Virus record (IMG/VR): IMGVR_UViG_3300011337_000132
Coordinates: 1-46,964 of that record
Reading direction: 5' to 3' (one strand)
Source: a virus
Lineage: Duplodnaviria > Caudoviricetes
Length of the DNA stretch: 46,964 bases
The stretch's first letter is position 1. Each line of letters starts with the position of its first letter. Shown in pieces: positions 1 to 8,303 of this stretch. A program made the translations under genes and the position numbers. The notes beneath the pieces were generated by a model. The model did no database searches. It was not told the origin of the DNA and saw only the letters and a program-made list of their open reading frames with translations.

Positions 1-343
1 CCAAGACAGCATCCTTCTGGATAGCTTTCTCAATCCTAGCATAGTCATGGTTCCCTGTTGTCATGATAAAGCGAGGTAGCTTCTTCTTAGTCTCGCGGAT
101 AGGCTTGAACATCAACTCCTGTGCGATGCAGGAAGCTTCGATATCCTTCTTGTACCTTCGTCCTTCGAAGCCCTTCGTACCCCTATCGTAGGAGCAGAGG
201 GAAGGCATGTCAGCCCAGTCACCAATGCAGATAACAGTATCAGGCTTGACACTAGCGATGAGTTTACCAAGGTAACTGAACCGTGACAAGTCCTCATCTG
301 GTGCTGCATGAGGATCAGGAATAATGAGATGAGTATTACTCAA
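1..343 (-). CDS. Metallophosphoesterase, 5' part only (truncated by window edge)
   Basis: Same sequence as the 5' end of 43462..44217. Confidence 0.85.
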   Translation of the reverse strand, partial: MSNTHLIIPDPHAAPDEDLSRFSYLGKLIASVKPDTVICIGDWADMPSLCSYDRGTKGFEGRRYKKDIEASCIAQELMFKPIRETKKKLPRFIMTTGNHDYARIEKAIQKDAVL

Positions 344-518
344 TAGCTATATCCTCTTCATCAAGAAGACCAACTGCAATGCAGAGGTCAACTTCCATTT
401 CCTCTAGTGCTTCAGCCCACTCAGTATCATCTTGGTACATATCACCATCATCATACTTTGTTTCGAGATAGACCTTAACGAGTGCCTTCAGTTCCTCAAA
501 CTCTTCTCTGATTGTCAT
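336..518 (-). CDS. Small acidic hypothetical protein
   Basis: 60 aa ORF, AGGAG SD upstream, overlaps start of downstream gene. Confidence 0.75.
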   Translation of the reverse strand: MTIREEFEELKALVKVYLETKYDDGDMYQDDTEWAEALEEMEVDLCIAVGLLDEEDIAIE

Positions 519-540
519 GATACTCTCCTATTAGAATGAA

Positions 541-616
541 TGGTGCTGGTAGTAGGACTCGAACCCACGACCTCCTGATTACAAATCAGATGCTCTACCA
601 ACTGAGCTATACCAGC
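541..616 (-). tRNA. tRNA-Thr(UGU)
   Basis: Cloverleaf: acceptor GCTGGTA/TACCAGC, anticodon loop TTTGTAA, TTCGAGT T-loop, encoded CCA. Confidence 0.95.
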
Positions 617-617
617 T

Positions 618-694
618 TGGCCTACCCTGCTGGACTCGAACCAGCGACCCATAGCTTAGAAGGCTATTGCTCTATCCAACTGAGCTAAGGGTAG
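618..694 (-). tRNA. tRNA-Arg(UCU)
   Basis: Cloverleaf: acceptor CTACCCT/AGGGTAG, anticodon stem ATAGC/GCTAT, loop CTTCTAA, encoded CCA. Confidence 0.95.
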
Positions 695-708
695 TTATCA
701 AATGATAA

Positions 709-1059
709 TTAATCTGGTACCCTACCGTAGTTCTTCTCAGTAGTTAGATACAGATACAAACGCTTTGCCATTTCTGCATCGTCTCTTAAGATCCTTCCAA
801 GAAGCACATGATTGCAGCGGTAACACAGCGCCCCTCGAATCTCTCCAGTCTTGTGATCGTGATCGACTGCAAGGTTTCTCCTTGGTCTGATCTTGTCAGG
901 ATGTCGTTGACATATAGCACAAGTTCCTCCTTGGAGTTGAAGAATCGTGTTGTATCCATCCTTTGTAAGACCAAAGTCTTTAAAGATTCTGCGCCATCTT
1001 GATGGGCTATCATTAAGTGGCTTCTTTGTCTTCGTAGACTTTCGGTTCTTCCTCAACAT
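709..1059 (-). CDS. Endonuclease VII family (Holliday junction resolvase-like)
   Basis: CAIC...LAVDHDHKTGEIRGALCYRCN motif; start codon uncertain. Confidence 0.9.
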   Translation of the reverse strand: MLRKNRKSTKTKKPLNDSPSRWRRIFKDFGLTKDGYNTILQLQGGTCAICQRHPDKIRPRRNLAVDHDHKTGEIRGALCYRCNHVLLGRILRDDAEMAKRLYLYLTTEKNYGRVPD

Positions 1060-1849
1060 GGGTCAGCCATACTGGGCCAGTACTATAGATAAACTTTCTA
1101 AGTGGTACATCTGAATAACATTCTTTCTTAAAGGAACAATAGGAACAACCAGTAGACAGCTTCATGTTACCGGACTTACCCATTGGTTCGGGTTCGAAGC
1201 AGCGAGTAGGGGGTGTCTCTTTACTAACTACTTCCTTAACGTAAGCTATCCTAGCGTTAATGTCTACCCTATCAGTATCTTGCAGTGTCATAACAGCGAT
1301 GTGACCATTCTGTTTGTCTACTGCTACGTAGGCACCATCGTTTATACCCGTACCAGTTAGGTACCCGGACAACTGGGGAATGTATGCGAAGGGATCATCG
1401 TTACGAAGGCTACCATCCTTAAACTTCTTAAAGGAATAAGGGGAGGTACTCTTTACATCGATTAGAACACCATCGATAACAGCATCAATGTGACCAACAA
1501 TACCATCAACAGTAACTTCTCGCTGTCGATCCGACACAGTGTGACCCGACACCTCAGCGAGGAATAGGACAACCTCTTCGATAATGTCACCATATAGGAA
1601 CTTAAGGTATGTCGGTCCATTAAAGTCTTCCTTTGGAATGGAACTGTTAACTTCATACCACAGCATACGATCAGGCTTGCCAATGTTAGACATCCTGAGT
1701 GTACGCTTCTCTGTCTTAGGCTTCATCCTGTCTTTGATTAGGCCAGCAAGACGATGCCCGAACTCAAGGCACGATGAGGTAATGTCCTCCTCAGTACCCT
1801 CTTCAAGTAGGTGGTGGATATCCTCAGCAAGGGTGTTAATAGAAGCCAT
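1013..1849 (-). CDS. PD-(D/E)xK Cas4-like exonuclease
   Basis: GHIDAVIDGVLIDVKS core, QLSGY, C-terminal CSYCSFKKEC. Confidence 0.85.
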   Translation of the reverse strand: MASINTLAEDIHHLLEEGTEEDITSSCLEFGHRLAGLIKDRMKPKTEKRTLRMSNIGKPDRMLWYEVNSSIPKEDFNGPTYLKFLYGDIIEEVVLFLAEVSGHTVSDRQREVTVDGIVGHIDAVIDGVLIDVKSTSPYSFKKFKDGSLRNDDPFAYIPQLSGYLTGTGINDGAYVAVDKQNGHIAVMTLQDTDRVDINARIAYVKEVVSKETPPTRCFEPEPMGKSGNMKLSTGCSYCSFKKECYSDVPLRKFIYSTGPVWLTHVEEEPKVYEDKEAT

Positions 1850-2199
1850 TACCTATTGTCTCCATTACCCTGTAGCGTACCATTCTCCTGCCTCTTGCCC
1901 AACTTCTCTAGATTATGTAGGGCAATTGAACTCATGGGGAAACCATGATGACTAGCAAGGCATGAGAGATACCAGAGAACATCACCCAGTTCTGCAAAGA
2001 TCTTCTCCTTAAACAAGGGAGTATAGTCTCCAAAGAAATGGTCAGACTCACTAGACCAGTACCGGGGATCACGCCGTGCTGCCTTCTGCATAAGGGACAT
2101 AACCTCACCAACCTCAGCAGCAAGGCCATAGGTAAGGTGATCCTCGCTATCTACAAGAAGGGTAGTAAGAGCCTTGTTCTGGTAGTCATCAAGGTCCAT
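1849..2199 (-). CDS. mazG: MazG-like NTP pyrophosphohydrolase
   Basis: YQxxA...GLAAEVGEV...ELGDVLWY...NLEKL..R...LQGNGDNR. Confidence 0.9.
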   Translation of the reverse strand: MDLDDYQNKALTTLLVDSEDHLTYGLAAEVGEVMSLMQKAARRDPRYWSSESDHFFGDYTPLFKEKIFAELGDVLWYLSCLASHHGFPMSSIALHNLEKLGKRQENGTLQGNGDNR

Positions 2200-2446
2200 C
2201 AGACAACTCCTTAATCAATCGGTTCAGGTACCACTGTGCCTTCTTGAGATCTTCTAGTGGCTTTTTCTTGTACCTCCAACGATGAAGATACTTCTTCGTG
2301 TTACCTTCGAGGTACCCAATGAATGTTTCGAAGGGCATGTTGTCCTTGAGGTAGTCGATGCACTCAACCCTACCAGAGTTGTAGTGGGAGGGAGACTCCA
2401 CAGAATCCCCCTCCTTCGGCATTTCGTCAACAGAGTAGTACATCAA
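2189..2446 (-). CDS. DUF3310 / T7 gp1.7-like nucleotide kinase domain protein
   Basis: VESPSHY..GRVECID...GNTKKY..R...KK..EDLKKAQWYL. Confidence 0.85.
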   Translation of the reverse strand: MMYYSVDEMPKEGDSVESPSHYNSGRVECIDYLKDNMPFETFIGYLEGNTKKYLHRWRYKKKPLEDLKKAQWYLNRLIKELSDGP

Positions 2447-3022
2447 TTAGGCTTCGATCTCAAACGATACCGACTTAGACTTCTTAGCCTTCACCTCAGG
2501 AGGCGGAAGTTCAGCAGACTTAGGGAAGGGATCAGCTTCTTCAGCGGTATCCATTGCATCAGCGAACTCGTTAGGCTTGCTGTACTCTACAAGCTCAACG
2601 ATCTTAAGCGCACCGAACTTCTTCTTCTTGTTCTCTTCGTCCCAGTCAAGCATCTTACCAAGCTTAATGACTTTACCATACTTCGGGGTATCGTAAACAC
2701 GCCAGTACACGATGCACTCAGAGTCGTTACCAATCAGTGCCTTCGAACGCTTACCATTCTGATCGATGATAACCATCTCAGATTCGAAGCCCTTCAAATC
2801 TACGACAGCATTACGAAGGGTGAGGAACTTACCACCATTGTTAATACGTTCCTTACCATCCTTGATCTTCTTATCAAGACGGAGTTCGATAAGCTTCTTC
2901 TCAATCTCAGGGGTAACAGCGAGGTTGATCTCGTAGTTACCAAACTGAGAAGGCTCCTGCACATGAGCGAAGTAAACCTTGGTACGAAACTCACCAGTAA
3001 TAGTCTTCGAAGCAGTAGTCAT
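2447..3022 (-). CDS. Single-stranded DNA-binding protein (gp2.5-like)
   Basis: Follows PolA; IGNDS motif; start moved to ATG 3022 because of GGAG SD and upstream promoter. Confidence 0.65.
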   Translation of the reverse strand: MTTASKTITGEFRTKVYFAHVQEPSQFGNYEINLAVTPEIEKKLIELRLDKKIKDGKERINNGGKFLTLRNAVVDLKGFESEMVIIDQNGKRSKALIGNDSECIVYWRVYDTPKYGKVIKLGKMLDWDEENKKKKFGALKIVELVEYSKPNEFADAMDTAEEADPFPKSAELPPPEVKAKKSKSVSFEIEA

Positions 3023-3054
3023 TCGAGTAGTCTCCGCTAGTTGTTGATAGTCAT

Positions 3055-3082
3055 ATATTATCATGTCTTGATAGATTGTCAA
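3055..3082 (-). promoter_or_regulatory. Sigma70-type promoter for SSB operon
   Basis: TTGACA-N16-TAATAT with TGn extension; in the diverged copy only spacer bases change. Confidence 0.7.
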
Positions 3083-4791
3083 TGTGTTTCTGCCCAGTTG
3101 TTACCGATCTTGTACTCACCATCTAGTGGGCAATTCAAATCGAAATGCTCACCAGTATCTATAATAGACTGGACTTGTAGCTTGCCTAACTCTTCTGCCT
3201 TGCTCTCCTCTGTTTCAGTCTGCCATTCGTCATGGACCCAGACTGTCTGCTTGAACTTGATCTTATTCTTCTTGGCCTGAGTATACCATAGATAGTTAGC
3301 CATACGCATGATGACTGTCTCACCACCTTGAAGGTAGACAGAGAGAGCCTTATGGTCTGACTCAATCTTGATACGCCTACCGTCAAGGCTGACAAGGTAC
3401 CCACGCTGTGCAGCCATAGCAGCCTTCCTCTTCAACTCCTTTAGTGCAGGAATAGAACGAAGGAAGTTATCCATAGCATCCCCGGCTTGACTAACAGAAC
3501 AGTTCAAGATCTGTGCTACCTTAGCCTGACCAGCACCAAGCAACCAAGCGTAGATGAATGTCTTAGCTGTTGGTCTATCCTTACAGTACTCACCTAGTGC
3601 ATTCTTATTAAAGGTATGAATGTCACCCTCAAGAAGAGTCTTCGTATACTCAGGGTCGTTCATGTAGTGGGCGAGTACACGAAGTTGTATTCCCGCAGCA
3701 TCTGTTCCAACCAGCTTAGAGCCTCTTGGGACAGTCCAAGCCTCTCTGCATTCGTATGCAAATAGTCCAGATAAGCCACGTTCTGTGGTGATAGAGGGGA
3801 TGTTTGCCATGTTTGGGTTCTGGTGTGAGGCTCTATGGGTAACGGTACCGGGAATGATAACTTGTCCGTGGACTCTACCATCTCCGTCCATTCTGTTAAG
3901 CCAGTCCTTTGCAGTCTTCCATCTTGTTTCAAGGATCTTCCATTTCTTTAGATCTTTAATACACTCTGGCATAGGGGTACCATCAGGCATACTATCAGGA
4001 ATAGTGTTAAGGTTTTCCTGACAGATCTTCCAAGACTTCCCCGTCTTAGTCTTCACTGTCGGCTTCCAACCAAGCTCATCAAGACGCTTTACTATTTGAT
4101 TTGGTGAGGCAAGGTTGAAAGACTCGACATCATCTTTAAGGCGCTTACCTGTCTTCTCTGAGTACCGCTCAGTGATGATAGGTGGGAAGAACTTTATAAC
4201 ACCTTCTTCGATACGGTTAGCCTCAGTTAATGCACCAGTATAAATGTTAAGTGCAACTTGTTTATCTAAAAGAAAACCATTTCTGATTTGCTCAGAGATA
4301 ATATACTGGGTTGCATGCTCAAGGCGAATAGACTCAGCAGAAAAGCAAAAGAGCATACGATTAAGGTGCTTATAGACATGCTCAGTAATCTTAACGTCTC
4401 TCTTGCAATACTGCTTCATCTCTTCTGAGTAGACGGAGAACTCCTTGAATTGGATCTTCGCTTCACCGAGACGGTTGCCCCATGCTTCCAGTGAGTGGCC
4501 GTCAAGAGTTGGCTCCCACATTCTTGACATGACAAGAGTGTCGGATTGTTTTCCGAGAGGGATAGTGACGCCCCACAGACGGGACAGGACAACCGAATCA
4601 AAGGCGATACTGTTGTGTCCGATCCATTCAGCGTCATCGTTGTCTTCATAAAAGGCTCTGAAGTTCTCAGCGTCCCGAAAGATATAGTATCCTTCTTTCC
4701 CAGCAAACTTCGCAACCAAGAGGTGAATAACTGTAGCGTCGAGGGCATCAGTCTCTATGTCCCATATAATTTTCCCAGTCGGTGATTGCAC
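3079..4791 (-). CDS. polA: Family A DNA polymerase with 3'-5' exonuclease domain
   Basis: DIETD exo I, GHNSIAFD exo II, motif A DAAGIQLR, motif B RPTAKTFIY, motif C VHDE. Confidence 0.97.
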   Translation of the reverse strand: MQSPTGKIIWDIETDALDATVIHLLVAKFAGKEGYYIFRDAENFRAFYEDNDDAEWIGHNSIAFDSVVLSRLWGVTIPLGKQSDTLVMSRMWEPTLDGHSLEAWGNRLGEAKIQFKEFSVYSEEMKQYCKRDVKITEHVYKHLNRMLFCFSAESIRLEHATQYIISEQIRNGFLLDKQVALNIYTGALTEANRIEEGVIKFFPPIITERYSEKTGKRLKDDVESFNLASPNQIVKRLDELGWKPTVKTKTGKSWKICQENLNTIPDSMPDGTPMPECIKDLKKWKILETRWKTAKDWLNRMDGDGRVHGQVIIPGTVTHRASHQNPNMANIPSITTERGLSGLFAYECREAWTVPRGSKLVGTDAAGIQLRVLAHYMNDPEYTKTLLEGDIHTFNKNALGEYCKDRPTAKTFIYAWLLGAGQAKVAQILNCSVSQAGDAMDNFLRSIPALKELKRKAAMAAQRGYLVSLDGRRIKIESDHKALSVYLQGGETVIMRMANYLWYTQAKKNKIKFKQTVWVHDEWQTETEESKAEELGKLQVQSIIDTGEHFDLNCPLDGEYKIGNNWAETH

Positions 4792-5023
4792 TAGCTTGGT
4801 TCCTTAAATATCCTGCTGTAGCTTCTAGGATGTATGCCAACTTAGCAATGTTCTCCCGTCCATCCTGTCGTATAGTAGGTGGTACACTAGGAACGCACTG
4901 ACTTTCGATGAACTCATTAGCCATCCTAAAGAAGGTAATGATTTCTTCTTGATCCTCTACAAAGATATGGAATCCCTCTTCTGAGATCCATCCGTCAACA
5001 TGCAAGTCTACTTTAATTGTCAT
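4748..5023 (-). CDS. Hypothetical protein
   Basis: ORF between primase and PolA; likely start MTIKVD overlapping primase end. Confidence 0.65.
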   Translation of the reverse strand: MTIKVDLHVDGWISEEGFHIFVEDQEEIITFFRMANEFIESQCVPSVPPTIRQDGRENIAKLAYILEATAGYLRNQASAITDWENYMGHRD

Positions 5024-6596
5024 CTTCGTTCTCCACTGGTGTATCAGGTTGCTCTTCGATAAGCCTACCAGATTCGGTATGATACCGCAAGTGGGTAGCA
5101 AGACCAGTCATACCAGAGAACCTGTTCTTAACAACACGTACCCTTACGATGTGCCTCTCTGCTGGATCATCCGCTTGCGTATTACGTTCAAGACCCAGAA
5201 TGATATTACTAAGCTGCCCAATTCCGGCAGTCCCGCGAATATCAGAAAGACTAACAGCAGCACCCTCTTCATGTGATTGACCATTCGGCTGTCTCCTAAG
5301 ATGAGCAGCCATGATAATACAGACAGAGAGTTCAACTGTCAAAGTCTTAAGCTTAGTTGCAATCTCATCCAAGGCACGGCGCTCATCACCATTACTCTGA
5401 TCTGATACGACGATACTGATATGGTCTAGGATGATATACTTGCAATCCAATGCGCGAACAAGATAACGAATAGTACCCAAGATCCTGTCAATACTGTTTG
5501 ATCCAAAACTGTCATACAGAAAGACACGCCCAGATCCCACAGTCGCCTTGTACGCATCATCAAACTCATCTTTGGTATACTCTTCATCGGGTAGGTACAT
5601 CCGCTTATTAGCATGGACTGACATAAGACCAAGGCCAGTGTCACGGATGGGTTCTTCTAAGAAGAGTACACCTACGTTAGCCTTAGTGTTATTCAGTAGA
5701 CCATAGACTAACTCTCTGAGGAATTGTGTCTTTCCAACGCCTGTTCCAGCAATGACAGTAACAAGTTCTCCAGTCCTAAGTCCATAGGTATAATCATTGA
5801 CACCATCCCACGGGTAGTTAACAGAGTCATACTCAGGCTTTGTTCTGAGTAGATCATAGATGCTTGCCCCGGATACAATGCCATCGGGGGTGAATGGTCC
5901 TGCTGTTCTGTGCTGCTCATAGAACTCCTTGATATTATTATTGACAAGATAATCAGAAGCATCCTTGTGCATAGCAAGCTTCATGATCCTTACTTTCTTA
6001 GGATCAAACAAGGATGCCGCCTTAGTCTGTGCTTCCTGCCCTGCCTTGTCATTGTCGAAGGCAAAGAAGATACGCTTAAAAGAATTTACCCACTCATAGT
6101 TACGCTTAAGATCTGAGACAGCGGTACTAGCAGAGCATACCGATACGACTGGTTCGTTAAGCATCTGGTGTGCAGACAAGGCATCAAGCTCACCCTCTAC
6201 AATGGTAAGCGTGTTACCACCCTGAGGGAATAGGTTCTGACCAAAGAGTTCAACACCCCCCGGAGAACCAGACCAAGGGAAACCAGCCTTATCAGGAAGC
6301 CGTGTCTTAACAGCGACAAGCTTACCGTCCTTATAGTAAGGATAGTGGTGCTTACCATCCTGCTGTAGCACACGGTACAGTTCGACAGTCTTCTGATTAA
6401 TGTTCCGGTCAGGGATAGCGGATAACTCGCCCTTCATCTGGACTGGAGTGTTAGACATATCAGTCATCTCTTCTGAACCTTCTTGATTGTTAGTATCATT
6501 GAAGTATTTATTACACACGAAACAATACTGGTGGTCACCGTAGTCGTACAGCCCATCACTCGATGTCCCACAGGGGCATGGTAGGTGCTTCCTCAT
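5013..6596 (-). CDS. Primase-helicase (T7 gp4-like)
   Basis: Zn ribbon CPC..CFVC, TOPRIM EGELDA/FDND, Walker A AGTGVGKT, IILDHI, LSDIRG, KNRFSG. Confidence 0.97.
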   Translation of the reverse strand: MRKHLPCPCGTSSDGLYDYGDHQYCFVCNKYFNDTNNQEGSEEMTDMSNTPVQMKGELSAIPDRNINQKTVELYRVLQQDGKHHYPYYKDGKLVAVKTRLPDKAGFPWSGSPGGVELFGQNLFPQGGNTLTIVEGELDALSAHQMLNEPVVSVCSASTAVSDLKRNYEWVNSFKRIFFAFDNDKAGQEAQTKAASLFDPKKVRIMKLAMHKDASDYLVNNNIKEFYEQHRTAGPFTPDGIVSGASIYDLLRTKPEYDSVNYPWDGVNDYTYGLRTGELVTVIAGTGVGKTQFLRELVYGLLNNTKANVGVLFLEEPIRDTGLGLMSVHANKRMYLPDEEYTKDEFDDAYKATVGSGRVFLYDSFGSNSIDRILGTIRYLVRALDCKYIILDHISIVVSDQSNGDERRALDEIATKLKTLTVELSVCIIMAAHLRRQPNGQSHEEGAAVSLSDIRGTAGIGQLSNIILGLERNTQADDPAERHIVRVRVVKNRFSGMTGLATHLRYHTESGRLIEEQPDTPVENEDDN

Positions 6597-6735
6597 TCTC
6601 TACCTCTTTATAAAGGACTGTCTTCTGGATTACGTTAGAGCATTCTTTACAGGGGGTGAACGTGTACACCCCATCTCTACGCTCTAGATAAATTTCCCCA
6701 TCGGGACAATCCTTATTACAAATGTAACATCTCAT
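6556..6735 (-). CDS. Small CxxC..CxxC zinc-finger protein (59 aa, below ORF cutoff)
   Basis: Manual translation MRCYICNKDCPDGEIYLERRDGVYTFTPCKEC... Confidence 0.7.
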   Translation of the reverse strand: MRCYICNKDCPDGEIYLERRDGVYTFTPCKECSNVIQKTVLYKEVENEEAPTMPLWDIE

Positions 6736-6759
6736 CTTGTTCTATCCCGATAGGGAAGA

Positions 6760-6930
6760 TTATACAATCTCCCAACACCTAACATAGAAATGCTTACCAA
6801 GCTTCTCTATCTCCTGCTTTGGGTACCCTACTTCAACAATCCAGTCAAGGATTCTATGCTTGTGTTCTTCAGGGCATACCTTAGGAAAACTGTAACGCCA
6901 TCCCTCAGGTGGATCAACCATAAGCTTCAT
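6760..6930 (-). CDS. Small hypothetical phage protein (56 aa)
   Basis: Manual translation MKLMVDPPEGWRYSFPK...GYP...; fills the gap in tandem. Confidence 0.75.
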   Translation of the reverse strand: MKLMVDPPEGWRYSFPKVCPEEHKHRILDWIVEVGYPKQEIEKLGKHFYVRCWEIV

Positions 6931-6931
6931 C

Positions 6932-7090
6932 TTAATAGTCCTTCAGTTGCTGTTGAAAACTGTTGAGATATTCTTTTACCTTATAGATACCATCAAGTGC
7001 AACGAGATCACCAAGTGATACCTCTAAGACAGAGAGTAGTAGTTTCCTTCGTCGTTTCCTTACTGCTTCTTCTGCTTGTGTGTCAGTCAT
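6932..7090 (-). CDS. Small hypothetical protein (52 aa)
   Basis: Manual translation MTDTQAEEAVRKRRRKLLL...; ATGA overlap with upstream gene. Confidence 0.6.
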   Translation of the reverse strand: MTDTQAEEAVRKRRRKLLLSVLEVSLGDLVALDGIYKVKEYLNSFQQQLKDY

Positions 7091-7632
7091 GTGCGTTCTC
7101 TTGGACATAAGCCATCCTCATGACCAATTGAATGGACATCCATCTCACGATAGTCCAGTGCGGCGCGGGCGGCGGCTTTAATGGCCTCTCGCGCTTGATA
7201 AACACCATCCAGCAAGCCTGCCTCATAGCAGTCCTTGGGTGTCATTGCTGAGTAGTCGCGATCTGGCACCACCACATCAACATCCACTGTCGGCGCTTCA
7301 AGTAGGGCTGCGTTGATGCGCGTCAGCATCTTGCACTCCTCGCTGTCAGACCAAATCGCCGTCTTGGCGTGGCCCTGCCAGACCTTCACTTCGGCCTCAA
7401 GCTGCTGCATTCGTTTTGCCATGATGCAGAAGGTGGTGCCACCCTGACCGTAGACAAGGCCAGTCTTGCCGTCCGTGAACTCGCACTGCCATGTGGCAAG
7501 GGAGGCGTTCTCGGCCTCAAGCTGCTCAATGCGGTCGGCGGCTTCGTGCATCACCGTTCCTGCGGCAGGACATTCATAGCCGCTGCTAACCATAGGCCCC
7601 CAAGCCCGCAGCCTTTCCACAAGGTCACTCAT
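7087..7632 (-). CDS. Hypothetical coiled-coil protein, GC-rich
   Basis: MSDLVERLR...AADRIEQLEAE; GGAGG SD before 7632. Confidence 0.75.
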   Translation of the reverse strand: MSDLVERLRAWGPMVSSGYECPAAGTVMHEAADRIEQLEAENASLATWQCEFTDGKTGLVYGQGGTTFCIMAKRMQQLEAEVKVWQGHAKTAIWSDSEECKMLTRINAALLEAPTVDVDVVVPDRDYSAMTPKDCYEAGLLDGVYQAREAIKAAARAALDYREMDVHSIGHEDGLCPRERT

Positions 7633-7864
7633 CGCTGGCCTCCTGCTTCGGAAGGGGGAGGATGATGGATGGCTCCGCAAAATACTTGCCGTGGATCATC
7701 CCCGTCCAAGCGCCGAGCGCGGCTGTGATGGCGGCGCGGGCGTGAGCCTTGAAATAGGCGCAACCACACTCATCCGGGTAACAGCGGCAAGGCCCGCAGT
7801 GCGTCTCACAGATAGCCCTCGCCCCCGCCTCCAGCGCAGCCGGTGGGATGATGATGTCACTCAT
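7625..7864 (-). CDS. Hypothetical Cys-rich protein, GC-rich
   Basis: MSDIIIPPAALEAGARAICETHCGPCRC; GGAG SD. Confidence 0.7.
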   Translation of the reverse strand: MSDIIIPPAALEAGARAICETHCGPCRCYPDECGCAYFKAHARAAITAALGAWTGMIHGKYFAEPSIILPLPKQEASDE

Positions 7865-8057
7865 GATCTTCAACCTTAGCATCAACCTGAGGATGGAGAC
7901 ACAGAGCATTCCATTCGATGAACTCTCCCGCTTCCTTCTTCTTATCCAATGTCTCCGTTAGTGCTTCCTTTTCAGGACACACTGATAGTTCCTTACTGTG
8001 CAACTGTAACTCACCTTGGTTTGTAACTATTGCAAGGATTAATATCGCTACCTTCAT
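7857..8057 (-). CDS. Hypothetical protein with hydrophobic N-terminus
   Basis: MKVAILILAIV; AAGGAG upstream. Confidence 0.7.
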   Translation of the reverse strand: MKVAILILAIVTNQGELQLHSKELSVCPEKEALTETLDKKKEAGEFIEWNALCLHPQVDAKVEDHE

Positions 8058-8120
8058 CTCTTGGTACTCCTTATGTTATACTATATGTTTATCTATAGTT
8101 CCACCCCGTAGGCAGTGACC

Positions 8121-8303
8121 TTATTCTATCGATTCTTTCTGAGTTGTAAAGGACAATATGTAATCACGGATCTCTATCAGTTCCCGGTAGAGTGAGCCCG
8201 GTTCCTCTAAGAAGAAATGATTCTCCTGATCTAGGACATACAGCCTGTAATCAAGGGCCTCAATGATAAGTTCTAAGTCTTCTTTAGGTAGGTTGAGGAT
8301 CAT
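8121..8303 (-). CDS. Hypothetical protein
   Basis: 60 aa, ATGA overlap, GGAG SD. Confidence 0.7.
   Translation of the reverse strand: MILNLPKEDLELIIEALDYRLYVLDQENHFFLEEPGSLYRELIEIRDYILSFTTQKESIE

Larger units (their letters stand above)
1..3093. repeat. Left copy of ~3.1 kb contig-end direct repeat
   Basis: Matches 43875-46964 (offset 43874); first visible difference at 1938/45812; 3-nt indel in the SSB gene. Confidence 0.97.

Noticed and set aside
1013-1849. Cas4-like nuclease as sign of a CRISPR system
   Set aside because: No repeat-spacer array or other cas genes; stand-alone PD-(D/E)xK exonucleases are normal in phage replication modules.
2282-3040. 252 aa plus-strand ORF antisense to SSB/DUF3310
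   Set aside because: Mirror-frame artefact; no equivalent ORF is listed for the diverged second copy.
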